The translations under genes and the position numbers were made by a program. A DNA stretch of 64,000 bases from NCBI GenBank assembly GCA_902496295.1, contig CABVAF010000003.1, positions 97,859 through 161,858 on the forward strand, written 5' to 3'. This stretch comes from an uncultured Clostridium sp. Its GTDB lineage: Bacteria; Bacillota; Clostridia; TANB77; CAG-508. Positions 28,297 through 40,320 of the stretch are shown here, piece by piece. The first letter of the stretch is position 1. The number at the start of each line of letters is the position of its first letter. The notes beneath the pieces are model-generated. The model saw only the letters and a list, made by a program, of their open reading frames with translations. It was not told the origin of the DNA and searched no databases.

Positions 28297-28432
28297 AACA
28301 TGTCCTAAAAAGCAAAAGTATTTTATAAAAATAAGATTTAAAAAGGTGATAATTTTAGTTTATAAGGGGGCAAATTATCATAATGCTATATTTTATAGTG
28401 TTATGGGAGTTTGCTTTTTTTAAATAATTAAG

Positions 28433-28461
28433 TTGAAAAAAATAATGTTATAATATATAAT
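28433..28461 (+). promoter_or_regulatory. promoter of the transposase gene
   Basis: TTGAAA, 17-nt spacer, TATAAT. Confidence 0.45.
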
Positions 28462-28504
28462 GTAAATGTTTTTGAAAGTTTGGGGCTAGGGGAAAGGACA
28501 GTAA

Positions 28505-29314
28505 ATGAGAGAAGCAAGAAAATTAACCCAAAGTAAACTTTATCATGTTATTATAAGAGGAATAAATAGACAAGATATTTTCTTTGATAATCAGGATAAA
28601 AGAAAATTTAAAAAAGAGCTAAAGAAAGCAAAAGAAAAATTTGAATATTCATTATATGCATATGTTTTAATGCCAAATCATGTTCATTTAATTATTTATG
28701 ACAAAGATAATAATTTATCTAAAATTATGCATAGCATTTTAGTGAGTTTTTCGGAGTATACAAATAAAAAATATAAGAGAAATGGACATTTGTTTCAAAA
28801 TAGGTTTAAAAGTAAGCCTATAGAGGATAATGAGTATTTGAAAACAGCTATAAAGTATATCCATTATAATCCGGAAAAAGCAGGAATTGCTAGATATAAT
28901 GAATATGAATGGAGTAGTTACAAAGAATATACTAACGAGAATAGTTATAACTTAACAGATACGGATTACGTTTTAAAATTGATGAAAGAAACAAACGATA
29001 TTTCCGCAAAAGCGGAATTTATAAAACAGCATGTAGAATATAAAGAAAGTAAACTTTCAGAGATTAAAAATCGTATAGAATATGAGTTGGAAAATAAAAT
29101 AAACGATGAAGAACTAATATCATTTATTATATTTGAACTTAAATTAGAAAATATATATGAGTTACAGCATTATAATGTTGAATACTTAAAAGAATTATTG
29201 ATACCTATATTTAAAGAATTAAATGTAAATGCATTCCAACTTTCCAGAGTTACTGGAATTCCTAAGGATATTGTATATAAAATAAAAAAAATCCGCGATA
29301 GCGGAAAATGCTAA
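28505..29314 (+). CDS. REP-associated tyrosine transposase-like protein (IS200/IS605 Y1 HUH family) with C-terminal HTH-like extension
   Basis: HUH motif MPNHVHLII and catalytic Tyr context YIHYNPEKAGI. About 130 extra C-terminal residues ending in an HTH-like FQLSRVTGIPKDIVYKIKK. Confidence 0.8.
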   Translation: MREARKLTQSKLYHVIIRGINRQDIFFDNQDKRKFKKELKKAKEKFEYSLYAYVLMPNHVHLIIYDKDNNLSKIMHSILVSFSEYTNKKYKRNGHLFQNRFKSKPIEDNEYLKTAIKYIHYNPEKAGIARYNEYEWSSYKEYTNENSYNLTDTDYVLKLMKETNDISAKAEFIKQHVEYKESKLSEIKNRIEYELENKINDEELISFIIFELKLENIYELQHYNVEYLKELLIPIFKELNVNAFQLSRVTGIPKDIVYKIKKIRDSGKC

Positions 29315-29340
29315 GAAAGATTAAGTTTAAATTTATTGGT

Positions 29341-29391
29341 GACCTGTCCCTAATTTCTGAAATTCAGAAAAAATGACCTGTCCCCAATTTC
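29341..29391 (-). repeat. right terminal REP doublet (inverted)
   Basis: GACCTGTCCCTAATTTCTGAAATTCAGAAAAAATGACCTGTCCCCAATTTC. Confidence 0.9.
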
Positions 29392-29404
29392 TAAGGAGGA
29401 GAAA

Positions 29405-30764
29405 ATGGCAAAAACTAGTACAATTTTTGTATGTAGTAATTGTGGATATGAGTCTGGAAAATGGCTAGGCAAGTGTCCAGCATGTAATGAGTGGAATAGT
29501 TTTTATGAAGAAAAGTTGTCTAAGACAACTGGAAGTACTAGTAAGGAAAAGAAAGTAGTTACGCCAAGATTATTAAATGAGGTTAAAGGCGCAGAAGCTG
29601 TTAGAGTTAAAACTGGTATTGGCGAATTAGATAGAGTTTTAGGTGGAGGATTAGTTAAAGGTTCACTTGTTTTAGTTGGTGGAGAGCCTGGTATTGGTAA
29701 GTCAACCTTAATTTTACAACTTTGCAATAGTGTACAAGGAGAAGGCAAAGTTTTATATGTTTCAGGAGAGGAGTCTGCTGAGCAAATAAAAATTAGGGCA
29801 GATAGGCTTGGCATTAACAATAGCGATATTTTATTTTTAGGGGAAACAGATATAGATGTAATTGAAAATAACATTTTGGAACTTAATCCTAAATTAGTTA
29901 TTATAGATTCTATACAAACAATGTATTCAGAAGATATTACATCTGCTGCTGGAACAGTTAGTCAAGTAAGAGAAATTACTTCTAGAATTATGAGAGTCTG
30001 TAAAAGCAATGAAGTTACCACAATAATAATAGGTCATGTTACAAAAGATGGAAATATAGCAGGACCAAGAGTTTTAGAACATATGGTAGATACAGTTTTG
30101 TATTTAGAAGGAGAAAGATATTTTTCATATAGAATTTTAAGAGGTGTAAAAAATCGTTTTGGCTCTACTAATGAGGTAGGAATGTTTGAAATGCAAAGCG
30201 AAGGTATGAAGGAAATTACAAATCCGTCTTCAGTTTTAATTTCAGAGAGAAAAGATAATCCACCAGGATCTGTTATTGTTGCTGCAATGGAGGGAACAAG
30301 ACCGCTTTTAATAGAGCTTCAGGCATTAACTACTTTAAGTGTATATGGACTTCCTAGAAGGACAGCGAATGGAATTGATTATAATAGACTTACACTCTTA
30401 ATTGCTGTTCTTGAGAAGAAACTTGGATTTGCTTTAGGAAATCAAGATGTTTACTTAAATGTGGTTAGTGGTATAAAAATATCAGAACCAGCTGTAGATT
30501 TAGGAATAATGCTATCTTGTGCATCAAGCTTTAAAAATATTAGTATACCAACAGACACCGTAGTAATAGGTGAAGTACGGCTTAACAGGAGAGGTGAGAG
30601 CTGTTAATTTAGTAGATAAAAGACTAAAGGAAGCCGAGAAACTTGGATTTAAAACTTGTATAATTCCTGAAAGTAATAAAAAACTATTGAAAGAAAACTA
30701 TAAATTAGATATAATAGGCGTTAGTAATATAAAAGAGGCAATTCAAGCAGTAGGATTAAGGTAA
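29405..30764 (+). pseudogene. radA: DNA repair protein RadA/Sms interrupted by a 1-nt insertion
   Basis: Zinc ribbon CSNCGYESGKWLGKCPAC, Walker A GEPGIGKST, KNRFG. The frame breaks inside the conserved GEVGLTGEVR motif at about 30577-30578. The C-terminus continues in the +1 frame (track ORF 30570-30764). Confidence 0.8.
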
Positions 30765-30829
30765 AGTTTGAAATTTGTATATAGTAAAATATGGTAAAGA
30801 CATTGCTAGAATGGTAAAAGGAGGTTTTA

Positions 30830-31903
30830 ATGGCAACTAAGAATGACGAGATAACAGAAATTCTGAAGCTAATAGCTCCAGGAACACCAATAAGAGATGG
30901 ACTTGAAAATATTTTAAAAGCTAAAACAGGAGGACTTATTGCGGTAGGGGATAAAAAAGAAGTTCTAGACTTAGTAGACGGAGGATTTAAGTTAGATATT
31001 GACTATTCACCAGCTAGATTATATGAACTTGCTAAAATGGATGGAGCAATTGTTTTAAGTTCAGACTTTAAGAAAATTTTATTTGCAAATGCACAGTTAA
31101 TACCTGACTCAAGTGTTCCAACATCAGAAACAGGTACAAGACATAGAACTGCAGAGCGTACAGCAAGACAAACCGGCTCACTTGTAATAAGTATTTCACA
31201 AAGAAGAGGCATTATTACTATCTTCAAAGGAAATATAAGATATGTTTTAGAAGAAACTTCACAGGTAATATCAAAGGCAAGTCAAGCACTTCAAACTGTA
31301 GAAAAATATAAAAAAGTATTTGATAATAAACTTAGTATACTAAATGAATATGAATTTAATGATATTGTTACTTTAGAAAATGTTATTATAGCAATTCAAC
31401 GTGCAGAAATGGCAATGCGAGTTATAGAAGAAGTAAAAAAAGCAATATACGAGCTTGGAGATGAGGGAAGATTAGTAGAAATGCAACTTGAAGAACTTAC
31501 AGGAGATATGGAAAGTGAAGAGTTATTTATAATAAAAGATTATATAGCTCCAGGAAAAAAGAGAACTGCTGAAAGAGTATTAGAAGATATAAAAAATCTT
31601 AGTAGAGATGACTTATTAAAACCAGATAAAATAGCTACAGCACTTGGATATGAAGATTTTGACAATTACGACGAGGTTGGAGTTTATACAAGAGGGTATA
31701 GAATTTTAAATAAAATTCCAAGAATGCCAAGTAATATAGTAGACAATTTAGTAAAATCATTTAAATCATTCCAACATATATTAGCAGCAGAAATTCCACA
31801 ACTTGATGATGTAGAAGGAATTGGTGAAGTAAGAGCAAGAACAATAAAGCAATCATTAAGAAGAATGCAAGACCAATTTGTTTTTGATAACTTGGTATTA
31901 TAA
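30830..31903 (+). CDS. disA: DNA integrity scanning protein DisA (diadenylate cyclase)
   Basis: DAC domain motifs DGAIVL and TRHRTAER, with a C-terminal HhH. Canonical radA-disA pairing. Confidence 0.93.
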   Translation: MATKNDEITEILKLIAPGTPIRDGLENILKAKTGGLIAVGDKKEVLDLVDGGFKLDIDYSPARLYELAKMDGAIVLSSDFKKILFANAQLIPDSSVPTSETGTRHRTAERTARQTGSLVISISQRRGIITIFKGNIRYVLEETSQVISKASQALQTVEKYKKVFDNKLSILNEYEFNDIVTLENVIIAIQRAEMAMRVIEEVKKAIYELGDEGRLVEMQLEELTGDMESEELFIIKDYIAPGKKRTAERVLEDIKNLSRDDLLKPDKIATALGYEDFDNYDEVGVYTRGYRILNKIPRMPSNIVDNLVKSFKSFQHILAAEIPQLDDVEGIGEVRARTIKQSLRRMQDQFVFDNLVL

Positions 31904-31985
31904 AAAATACACATAAATAATAAGTGTAACTCAATATACTTATTATAAAGTATAAAAAATATAGTAAAAAGAAAGAGGAAGAGAA

Positions 31986-32798
31986 ATGAAAATATTTTTA
32001 AGAGTTTTATTAGTTATAGGAATTATATTAGCATTAGTAGGCATAGGCTTTGTAGGATATGGCTTTTATCAAAAATTAACTGTAGAAGAGAAGAACCCAA
32101 TTGCCACAATGGAAGTAGAAGGTTTTGGAACAATTAAAATAGAATTATATCCAGATATGGCGCCAAATACAGTAACAAACTTTATTAGACTTGCTAATAG
32201 AGGATTTTATGATGGATTAACATTTCATAGAGTAGTTCAAGATTTCATGATTCAAGGTGGAGACAAAGCAGGTAATGGTACAGGAACACCAGAGCTAAGT
32301 GATATAGAAGACAATGTTACAGAAGATAAAGAATATTGTATTCCAGGAGAATTTATTGCAAATGGATATACAGCAAATACTTTAAAACACGAAAAAGGTG
32401 TTATATCTATGGCAAGATCAGACTATAGCCAAACAGATTATTCATTATTAGAAGAAGGATATAATTCAGCAGGTTCACAATTTTTTATAATGACAGAAGA
32501 TAATTCTTCACTAGATGGATTATATGCTGCATTTGGTAAAGTTATAGAAGGAATGGATATAGTAGAAAAAATTGAAAATGTAGAAGTTACATATAGAAGT
32601 AGTGAACTAGAATCTGGAGAAGAAGCTCCTAAAGATGAAGATGGAAACGAATTAGATGCAGATAGACCAATAGACCCACCAGTAATCACAAGCATAAGAG
32701 TAGAAACATATGGTATAGATTATGGAATTCCAGAAACAAACGATGTATTTGACTATTATACATGGTTAATGAATACATATTATGGATATGGTGCATAA
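31986..32798 (+). CDS. cyclophilin-type peptidyl-prolyl isomerase with N-terminal membrane anchor
   Basis: FHRVVQDFMIQGGD and GSQFFIM motifs. Hydrophobic N-terminus. Confidence 0.85.
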   Translation: MKIFLRVLLVIGIILALVGIGFVGYGFYQKLTVEEKNPIATMEVEGFGTIKIELYPDMAPNTVTNFIRLANRGFYDGLTFHRVVQDFMIQGGDKAGNGTGTPELSDIEDNVTEDKEYCIPGEFIANGYTANTLKHEKGVISMARSDYSQTDYSLLEEGYNSAGSQFFIMTEDNSSLDGLYAAFGKVIEGMDIVEKIENVEVTYRSSELESGEEAPKDEDGNELDADRPIDPPVITSIRVETYGIDYGIPETNDVFDYYTWLMNTYYGYGA

Positions 32799-32810
32799 AG
32801 GAGGATACTC

Positions 32811-33407
32811 ATGAATTTAGCAAATAAGCTTACAATTTTAAGAATAATATTGGTTCCTATAATTGTAATAATACCATTCTTTAATATAAGTGGGAGCTTA
32901 TGGGGAGTTCCATTAACTTACATAATTATGGATATAATATTTATAATCGGTTCATGTACAGACAAGTTAGACGGTTATATAGCAAGAAGTAGAAATGAGA
33001 TAACTACATTTGGTAAATTTTTAGACCCAATAGCAGACAAAATTTTAGTTATAACAGCAATGATTTTACTTGTACAATATAAAGGTTTGCCAGCATGGAT
33101 TCCTGTAATTGTAGTAGCAAGGGAATTTATGGTTTCAGGATATAGATTAGTTGCGGTAGAAAAGTCTGGAAAAGTTGTTGCAGCAAGTATATGGGGAAAA
33201 CTTAAAACTGCAACTCAAATGGTTGCAATAGCATTATTATTTATAGATGCAAATCCATTTGGTGCCATATTTAGTGGAACATTAGCAGGAGGAGCATTTG
33301 TACTTAATTTAATATCTACTTTATTAATGAGTATTTCTATTATAGCAACTATATTCTCAGGAATAGATTATTTAAAAAATGGGAAAGATTTATTTAAAGA
33401 CAAATAA
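32811..33407 (+). CDS. pgsA: CDP-diacylglycerol--glycerol-3-phosphate 3-phosphatidyltransferase
   Basis: CDP-alcohol phosphatidyltransferase motif DKLDGYIARS...GKFLDPIADK. Confidence 0.9.
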   Translation: MNLANKLTILRIILVPIIVIIPFFNISGSLWGVPLTYIIMDIIFIIGSCTDKLDGYIARSRNEITTFGKFLDPIADKILVITAMILLVQYKGLPAWIPVIVVAREFMVSGYRLVAVEKSGKVVAASIWGKLKTATQMVAIALLFIDANPFGAIFSGTLAGGAFVLNLISTLLMSISIIATIFSGIDYLKNGKDLFKDK

Positions 33408-33504
33408 AAAATGCAATTTATATAATTATTGCAACTTGGAAGGAAAGGCTCTAAAAATGCCTCTCCTTTTATATTGTAGAATTACAGTATTATAAACTAT
33501 ATAA

Positions 33505-35668
<2,164 letters not shown>

Positions 35669-35672
35669 TAAG

Positions 35673-35837
35673 TTATCTAAATATAGTTAAAACAGTAGGT
35701 GAAATTAAGCATATTATAGATATAATTATCATACTTATTCCTGCAACTTTATTCTTGTTTTCTCTTATTTCATATATACCATAAATAAATAGTCTTAAGA
35801 AAATGTAAAGAGATAGTAACAAAATTAATATTAGCAT
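35673..35837 (-). CDS. 54-aa two-TM small membrane protein
   Basis: Not in the track. SD GGAGGA sits 5 nt before the ATG. MLILILLLSLYIFLRLFIYGIYEIRENKNKVAGISMIIISIICLISPTVLTIFR. 14 nt downstream of the Ger C-subunit gene. Confidence 0.4.
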   Translation of the reverse strand: MLILILLLSLYIFLRLFIYGIYEIRENKNKVAGISMIIISIICLISPTVLTIFR

Positions 35838-35851
35838 ATTTCCTCCTAAAA

Positions 35852-37084
35852 TTAAGTTTCTATTAACAACTGACCTGATTTAAGTTCACTATTTATATTT
35901 ACATCAAAAAAGGAGTTTTTATATTTTTCAAGCCACTTATATTCTTTCCAGTCATCCCATGTTAAAAATTGACGTATTGCAGTTCTTCCAAAACCTACAA
36001 TATCTGATTTAAATTCTTTTGAGGTTTTATATAAATAATCTGTCATATTTTGCTTCATATATACATTTACTGCGTCTTGAATTTTTCTTAAGTTTTCCTC
36101 TGAAAAGTAATTTACATTTTCACTCATTGATATTAATTGGCAGGAAATATCGAATTCAAGTTCAATAAAAGGATTTTCATTTACTATATTAATTTTCTTT
36201 TTTACAGGAGAATTTGTACTTAGACGTAGGTCTATAGTATCAGATACATTTAAAGGATTTGGAATTGTTATATTACAGTATTTCAAATTGTTACTAGCTA
36301 GCAGATGACAAATAGTTTCTATGTTATTTAATTCTCCTACAAGTTTGTCCTCAACAAACACAGCAAGGCCAGTATTTTCTATACCAGGGTCTTCAGAATC
36401 TATTGGCGCTTGTCCAGCCATATATTTTCCAGATTCTTGTTCAGAGTTTGCACTAGCATGTGAGGTATCACTATTTACAGCACCTAAAATTGCAGAAGCA
36501 TTTTTCCTAGTATTTTGTATATCGTAAAAAAATTGACTAATAGAAATATCTTGTGTATAGCCTGTATATTCACTAGAATTTTGAATAGTCTCATAATATC
36601 TAGCAGACAACCTTTCTAGCTTTGAACTAGCACTTTTTAAAAAATCTTTAGCTTCACATTTTGATACAACTATATTAGCAGTAGGACGTATTTGCACAGA
36701 ATTCATTAGAGTATATATAACATCTGAAACGCCAGTAGAAGCAAATTCTTCTGAAAATACTATTACTCTGGTATGTGCTAAGTTTACTCTTTTACTTAAA
36801 TAGTTATTAATTAAATTTATTCCGTCGTTAATATCACTACATTCTACAGAATATACAATTGCTTCGGAAGATTGGGAAGAACCAGACGTCCCAGAAGGCT
36901 CATTAGTTGAAGAAAATTGTAAGCTTAGTTCCATAGAAGAATTTTTTCCCACATCTATGCCAATTGCAATAGCATATGAAAGTTTGTCTATATTATTAGA
37001 ATATGAACATCCTGATAGAATAGTTGTTAGTATAAGTAGGATTACTATAATAATTATAAGTTTTTTATTCAGGTTGTTTTCCAT
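35852..37084 (-). CDS. spore germination receptor C subunit (Ger(x)C lipoprotein)
   Basis: Lipobox LSGCS and GerAC-family layout. Overlaps the B subunit gene. Confidence 0.85.
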   Translation of the reverse strand: MENNLNKKLIIIIVILLILTTILSGCSYSNNIDKLSYAIAIGIDVGKNSSMELSLQFSSTNEPSGTSGSSQSSEAIVYSVECSDINDGINLINNYLSKRVNLAHTRVIVFSEEFASTGVSDVIYTLMNSVQIRPTANIVVSKCEAKDFLKSASSKLERLSARYYETIQNSSEYTGYTQDISISQFFYDIQNTRKNASAILGAVNSDTSHASANSEQESGKYMAGQAPIDSEDPGIENTGLAVFVEDKLVGELNNIETICHLLASNNLKYCNITIPNPLNVSDTIDLRLSTNSPVKKKINIVNENPFIELEFDISCQLISMSENVNYFSEENLRKIQDAVNVYMKQNMTDYLYKTSKEFKSDIVGFGRTAIRQFLTWDDWKEYKWLEKYKNSFFDVNINSELKSGQLLIET

Positions 37085-38198
37085 TTGTTATAGTTACCTC
37101 CTTATTAAAATTTTTATTTCTAATTCTATATTTAATATTAGCAAAAATTAAAATTAATAAACTAAAACATATTGCAACAAATATGTTAGTATATTTAAAC
37201 ACTACATCCTCTAAAAATCGAATCATAGCTATATTGTTAGGAATTAGTGTAGTTACATATGTTATAGTTGCAAAAGCAAGAACAACTGGAAATTCTTTTC
37301 TTGTATTTGTTAACTTTCTATAAATTGTCACAATAATAAACAAAACTACTGAAATATAAGAAAGCAAAGCTAGTATCCAACTAAATACAAATAATCCGTC
37401 TATTCTTTGAAAAACTTGCCAATAACTAATATCTCTAGACTCTACATATAGTGAGGAAATTTCGTTTATATTTTCTATAAAAGGAAAAGACAATACTAAT
37501 GAAGCAACACTTCCAATTATTAAAATACCAACCAGAATTGTAGCAGTAATAGAAACTCTTTTAAAATTTCTACTGTCTTTAAGCATAGGCATAATAAAAT
37601 ATAAAACTGCAAGACCGCTATATGCAAAAATATTGGAAGCACCATTTATAAATGTTTCTTTGGCACCAAAACCTAGAATTGGAAAAATTCTATCTAAAGA
37701 AAAATCTTGTATGTTTGAAAATGCAATAAGTAATATTGCAATTCCTGTAATTGGGGCTATTATTGTGTTGCATTTTATAACAGCTGGGCTACCATACTTA
37801 TATATAAAAACAATACTTGCTATAATTATAAGAGTTAGTACAGATATAGTTATATTTTCAAAATATATAATTTCTAGATCTTGAACAATAACTCTAACAG
37901 TTGTAGAAAGGATAAGTAGAAAATACCCTATAAAAACTATACCAACAATAACTTTCAAAATTTTTCCGCCTAGAAATTCCGAGATATCTACAATATCTTG
38001 TCCTTTAAAATTTTTAAATAATCTATTTATAATAAATACTAGTAAAAGTGCTAAGATAAAAACATAAATCATATTTAAAATTGTTCCTGTGCCAGTTTCT
38101 GCTATTAGAGTCCTTGGTGTACCTAAAATTAAATGATTTATAACAATAATTAAAATAAGTGCAATAGCTTGAAAATTACCTATTTGTTTAATCTCCAT
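37065..38198 (-). CDS. spore germination receptor B subunit (GerAB/APC-type permease)
   Basis: 377 aa with about 10 TM segments, between the A and C subunit genes. Confidence 0.85.
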   Translation of the reverse strand: MEIKQIGNFQAIALILIIVINHLILGTPRTLIAETGTGTILNMIYVFILALLLVFIINRLFKNFKGQDIVDISEFLGGKILKVIVGIVFIGYFLLILSTTVRVIVQDLEIIYFENITISVLTLIIIASIVFIYKYGSPAVIKCNTIIAPITGIAILLIAFSNIQDFSLDRIFPILGFGAKETFINGASNIFAYSGLAVLYFIMPMLKDSRNFKRVSITATILVGILIIGSVASLVLSFPFIENINEISSLYVESRDISYWQVFQRIDGLFVFSWILALLSYISVVLFIIVTIYRKLTNTRKEFPVVLAFATITYVTTLIPNNIAMIRFLEDVVFKYTNIFVAICFSLLILIFANIKYRIRNKNFNKEVTITNGKQPE

Positions 38199-39933
38199 CT
38201 GAACCTCCTGACTGATACTTCCATTTCATACTAACTCGCTCTTCCTTTTGAGGTCTTTTGGTATTTAAAAAGTCAGGTCTTTTTTCTCTATTCCAAAATG
38301 GTGGCATGAAATATGACTTATTATTTTTACTAGTAGATGGAACATATGGTGCCAAATAAGATACACCAAAAGATTTTAAAGAGCATAATAGTACTAAATG
38401 TCCAAAAAGAACAATACCTATACCTAGGAAACCGCCAAAAAATGCAGCTATTATATATAAGAATCTGGCAATTCTTAAGTGAAAGCTTAAATAAAAATCT
38501 GGAATAGCAAAGGATGTGATACCTGTTATAGCTATAATAATTATTAAAATTGGACTTACTATGCTAGCTTCTACAGCTGCTTGACCGAGAATAAGAGCAC
38601 CTATAATACCAATTGTAGTTCCTATAGGAGAAGGAACCCTTAAACTTGCTTCTCTAATTAGCTCAAAAGAAATTTCCATTGCTAAAATTTCAACTATTAT
38701 AGGAAATGGAACAGACTCTCTTGATGCAACAATTGCAAATAAAAGCTCTGTGGGAATAATTTCTTGATGGAAATTTGTAATTGCAACATACAAACCGGGA
38801 AGTAGTAAAGTAATAAAAAATGCTACTAATCTTACAAATTTAAGCAAATTGGCAAATTGAAATTTTAAGTTTGGATCTTCAGCAGAAGAAAGAAAGTCTA
38901 CAAATACGCAGGGCATTATTAAAACATATGGACTTCCATTTACAACAACAATAACTCTCCCAGAAAGAATATGGTTTGCAGCTTTATCGGGTCTTTCTGT
39001 AGACAGCATTTGAGGAAGACTGCATTTACTATTATCTTCAATTAACTGTTCTAATTGACCAGAAGAAATTATTGTATCTATATCTAAATTGTTTAATCTA
39101 TATTTTACTTCTGCAACTAGGTCGTCATTTGCAATGTCTTTCATATAACAGACTGCACATTTTGTTTTGGTTACTTTACCAACACTAAGGCTTTCTATAA
39201 CTAAATTTTCATTATTTACAAATCTACGTATCATAGAGGTATTAGTACGAATTGCTTCTGTAAAAGCCTCTTGTGCACCACGTATAACGGTTTCGTTTTT
39301 AGGAGAATCAATGCTTCTTTGCTTAAAACCTTTAGCATCTATACTAAATGTGGTGTCAATTGTATCTACAAAAAGTAAGCAATTTCCCATATTAATATCT
39401 GATAATATGTCACTAAAAGATTTTTGCTTTTTAACAGAATTTTGAGGGACAAGAGAATTATAAATATAATCAACTAAGTCAAATTTTTTTACTTTTCTTA
39501 CAGTAATATTGTTAGATATAGCTTCTGATACTACTCTAGTTTCGTTTCCATCATAAATGTTAGCTCTGTTTCTAAGCATTAATGGCTCTAGCACAAAGTC
39601 ATTAATAATCTTAGTATCTACCATTCCATCTATATATATTAGAAATGCATTGTATTGCTTATTTCTTGCATTAAGAATAAACTCACGAACCACAATATCG
39701 CTATTAATTAAAGTGTTATATTTAACTTTAAGAAATTCTAGATTGACACTTAAAGATGGAAAGACATTTTCTGGGTCATTTTTAGAATTTATTTCATCTG
39801 TTTTTATTTCGCTGGTTTCAGAGTTATCAGGGGTTTTACTGCTTTCCATTCCATTTTCGGGTAAAATAAACTCGTAAGGTTGCTCGTTATTTGGATAAAA
39901 AGTGTTTTTTATTAGTGTAAAAAATTTATTCAT
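38188..39933 (-). CDS. spore germination receptor A subunit (GerA/KA family)
   Basis: Soluble N-domain followed by a TM C-domain. SGRVIVVVNGSPYVLIMP and AIVASRESVPFP motifs. Confidence 0.88.
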   Translation of the reverse strand: MNKFFTLIKNTFYPNNEQPYEFILPENGMESSKTPDNSETSEIKTDEINSKNDPENVFPSLSVNLEFLKVKYNTLINSDIVVREFILNARNKQYNAFLIYIDGMVDTKIINDFVLEPLMLRNRANIYDGNETRVVSEAISNNITVRKVKKFDLVDYIYNSLVPQNSVKKQKSFSDILSDINMGNCLLFVDTIDTTFSIDAKGFKQRSIDSPKNETVIRGAQEAFTEAIRTNTSMIRRFVNNENLVIESLSVGKVTKTKCAVCYMKDIANDDLVAEVKYRLNNLDIDTIISSGQLEQLIEDNSKCSLPQMLSTERPDKAANHILSGRVIVVVNGSPYVLIMPCVFVDFLSSAEDPNLKFQFANLLKFVRLVAFFITLLLPGLYVAITNFHQEIIPTELLFAIVASRESVPFPIIVEILAMEISFELIREASLRVPSPIGTTIGIIGALILGQAAVEASIVSPILIIIIAITGITSFAIPDFYLSFHLRIARFLYIIAAFFGGFLGIGIVLFGHLVLLCSLKSFGVSYLAPYVPSTSKNNKSYFMPPFWNREKRPDFLNTKRPQKEERVSMKWKYQSGGSDGD

Positions 39934-40320
39934 AATATATCTCCCATAAATTTGTTTTAAAAATATTTTTGCCTAAAAATTAAAAAATATGTAAAAAAAA
40001 TTTGTGAATATTAAATTATTAGAAAACAAGTATTAATTTTAGATAAGTGGAATTATTATAATTAAAAAATGGGTTTTATGTGGGAAAGTTTATAGAAAGT
40101 GAAAAGTAATTATAAGAAATAGTTGTTTTGTGGATTTGTTGTAATAAAAATGTAAACAAATTGTAAATAAAAAGAAAAGATAAGATATTTACAAATACCA
40201 TATTTAAAAGTATAATAATTTTACAAAGTATAATTTGCAAAATTTTATACATAATAAAGAAAAATGACATATTTTGTAGAAAAAGAGACTATATAAGTTA
40301 AAGCAAAAGGAGAAAGCAAA

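Larger units (their letters stand above)
28246..29391 (+). mobile_element. RAYT-type (IS200-like HUH/Y1) transposase unit bounded by 51-bp inverted REP doublets
   Basis: 28246-28296 is the reverse complement of 29341-29391 with one mismatch. One Y1 transposase gene lies between them. No tnpB and no target-site duplication. Confidence 0.75.

Noticed and set aside
30570-30764. 64-aa ORF as an independent gene.
   Set aside because: Its translation from GLTGEVRAV onward is the RadA C-terminal domain. It is the downstream half of the frameshifted radA.
40076-40270. 64-aa minus-strand ORF in the gerA upstream region.
   Set aside because: It has no SD, lies in AT-rich promoter DNA, and its Ile/Leu/Phe-rich translation is what random AT-rich sequence gives.
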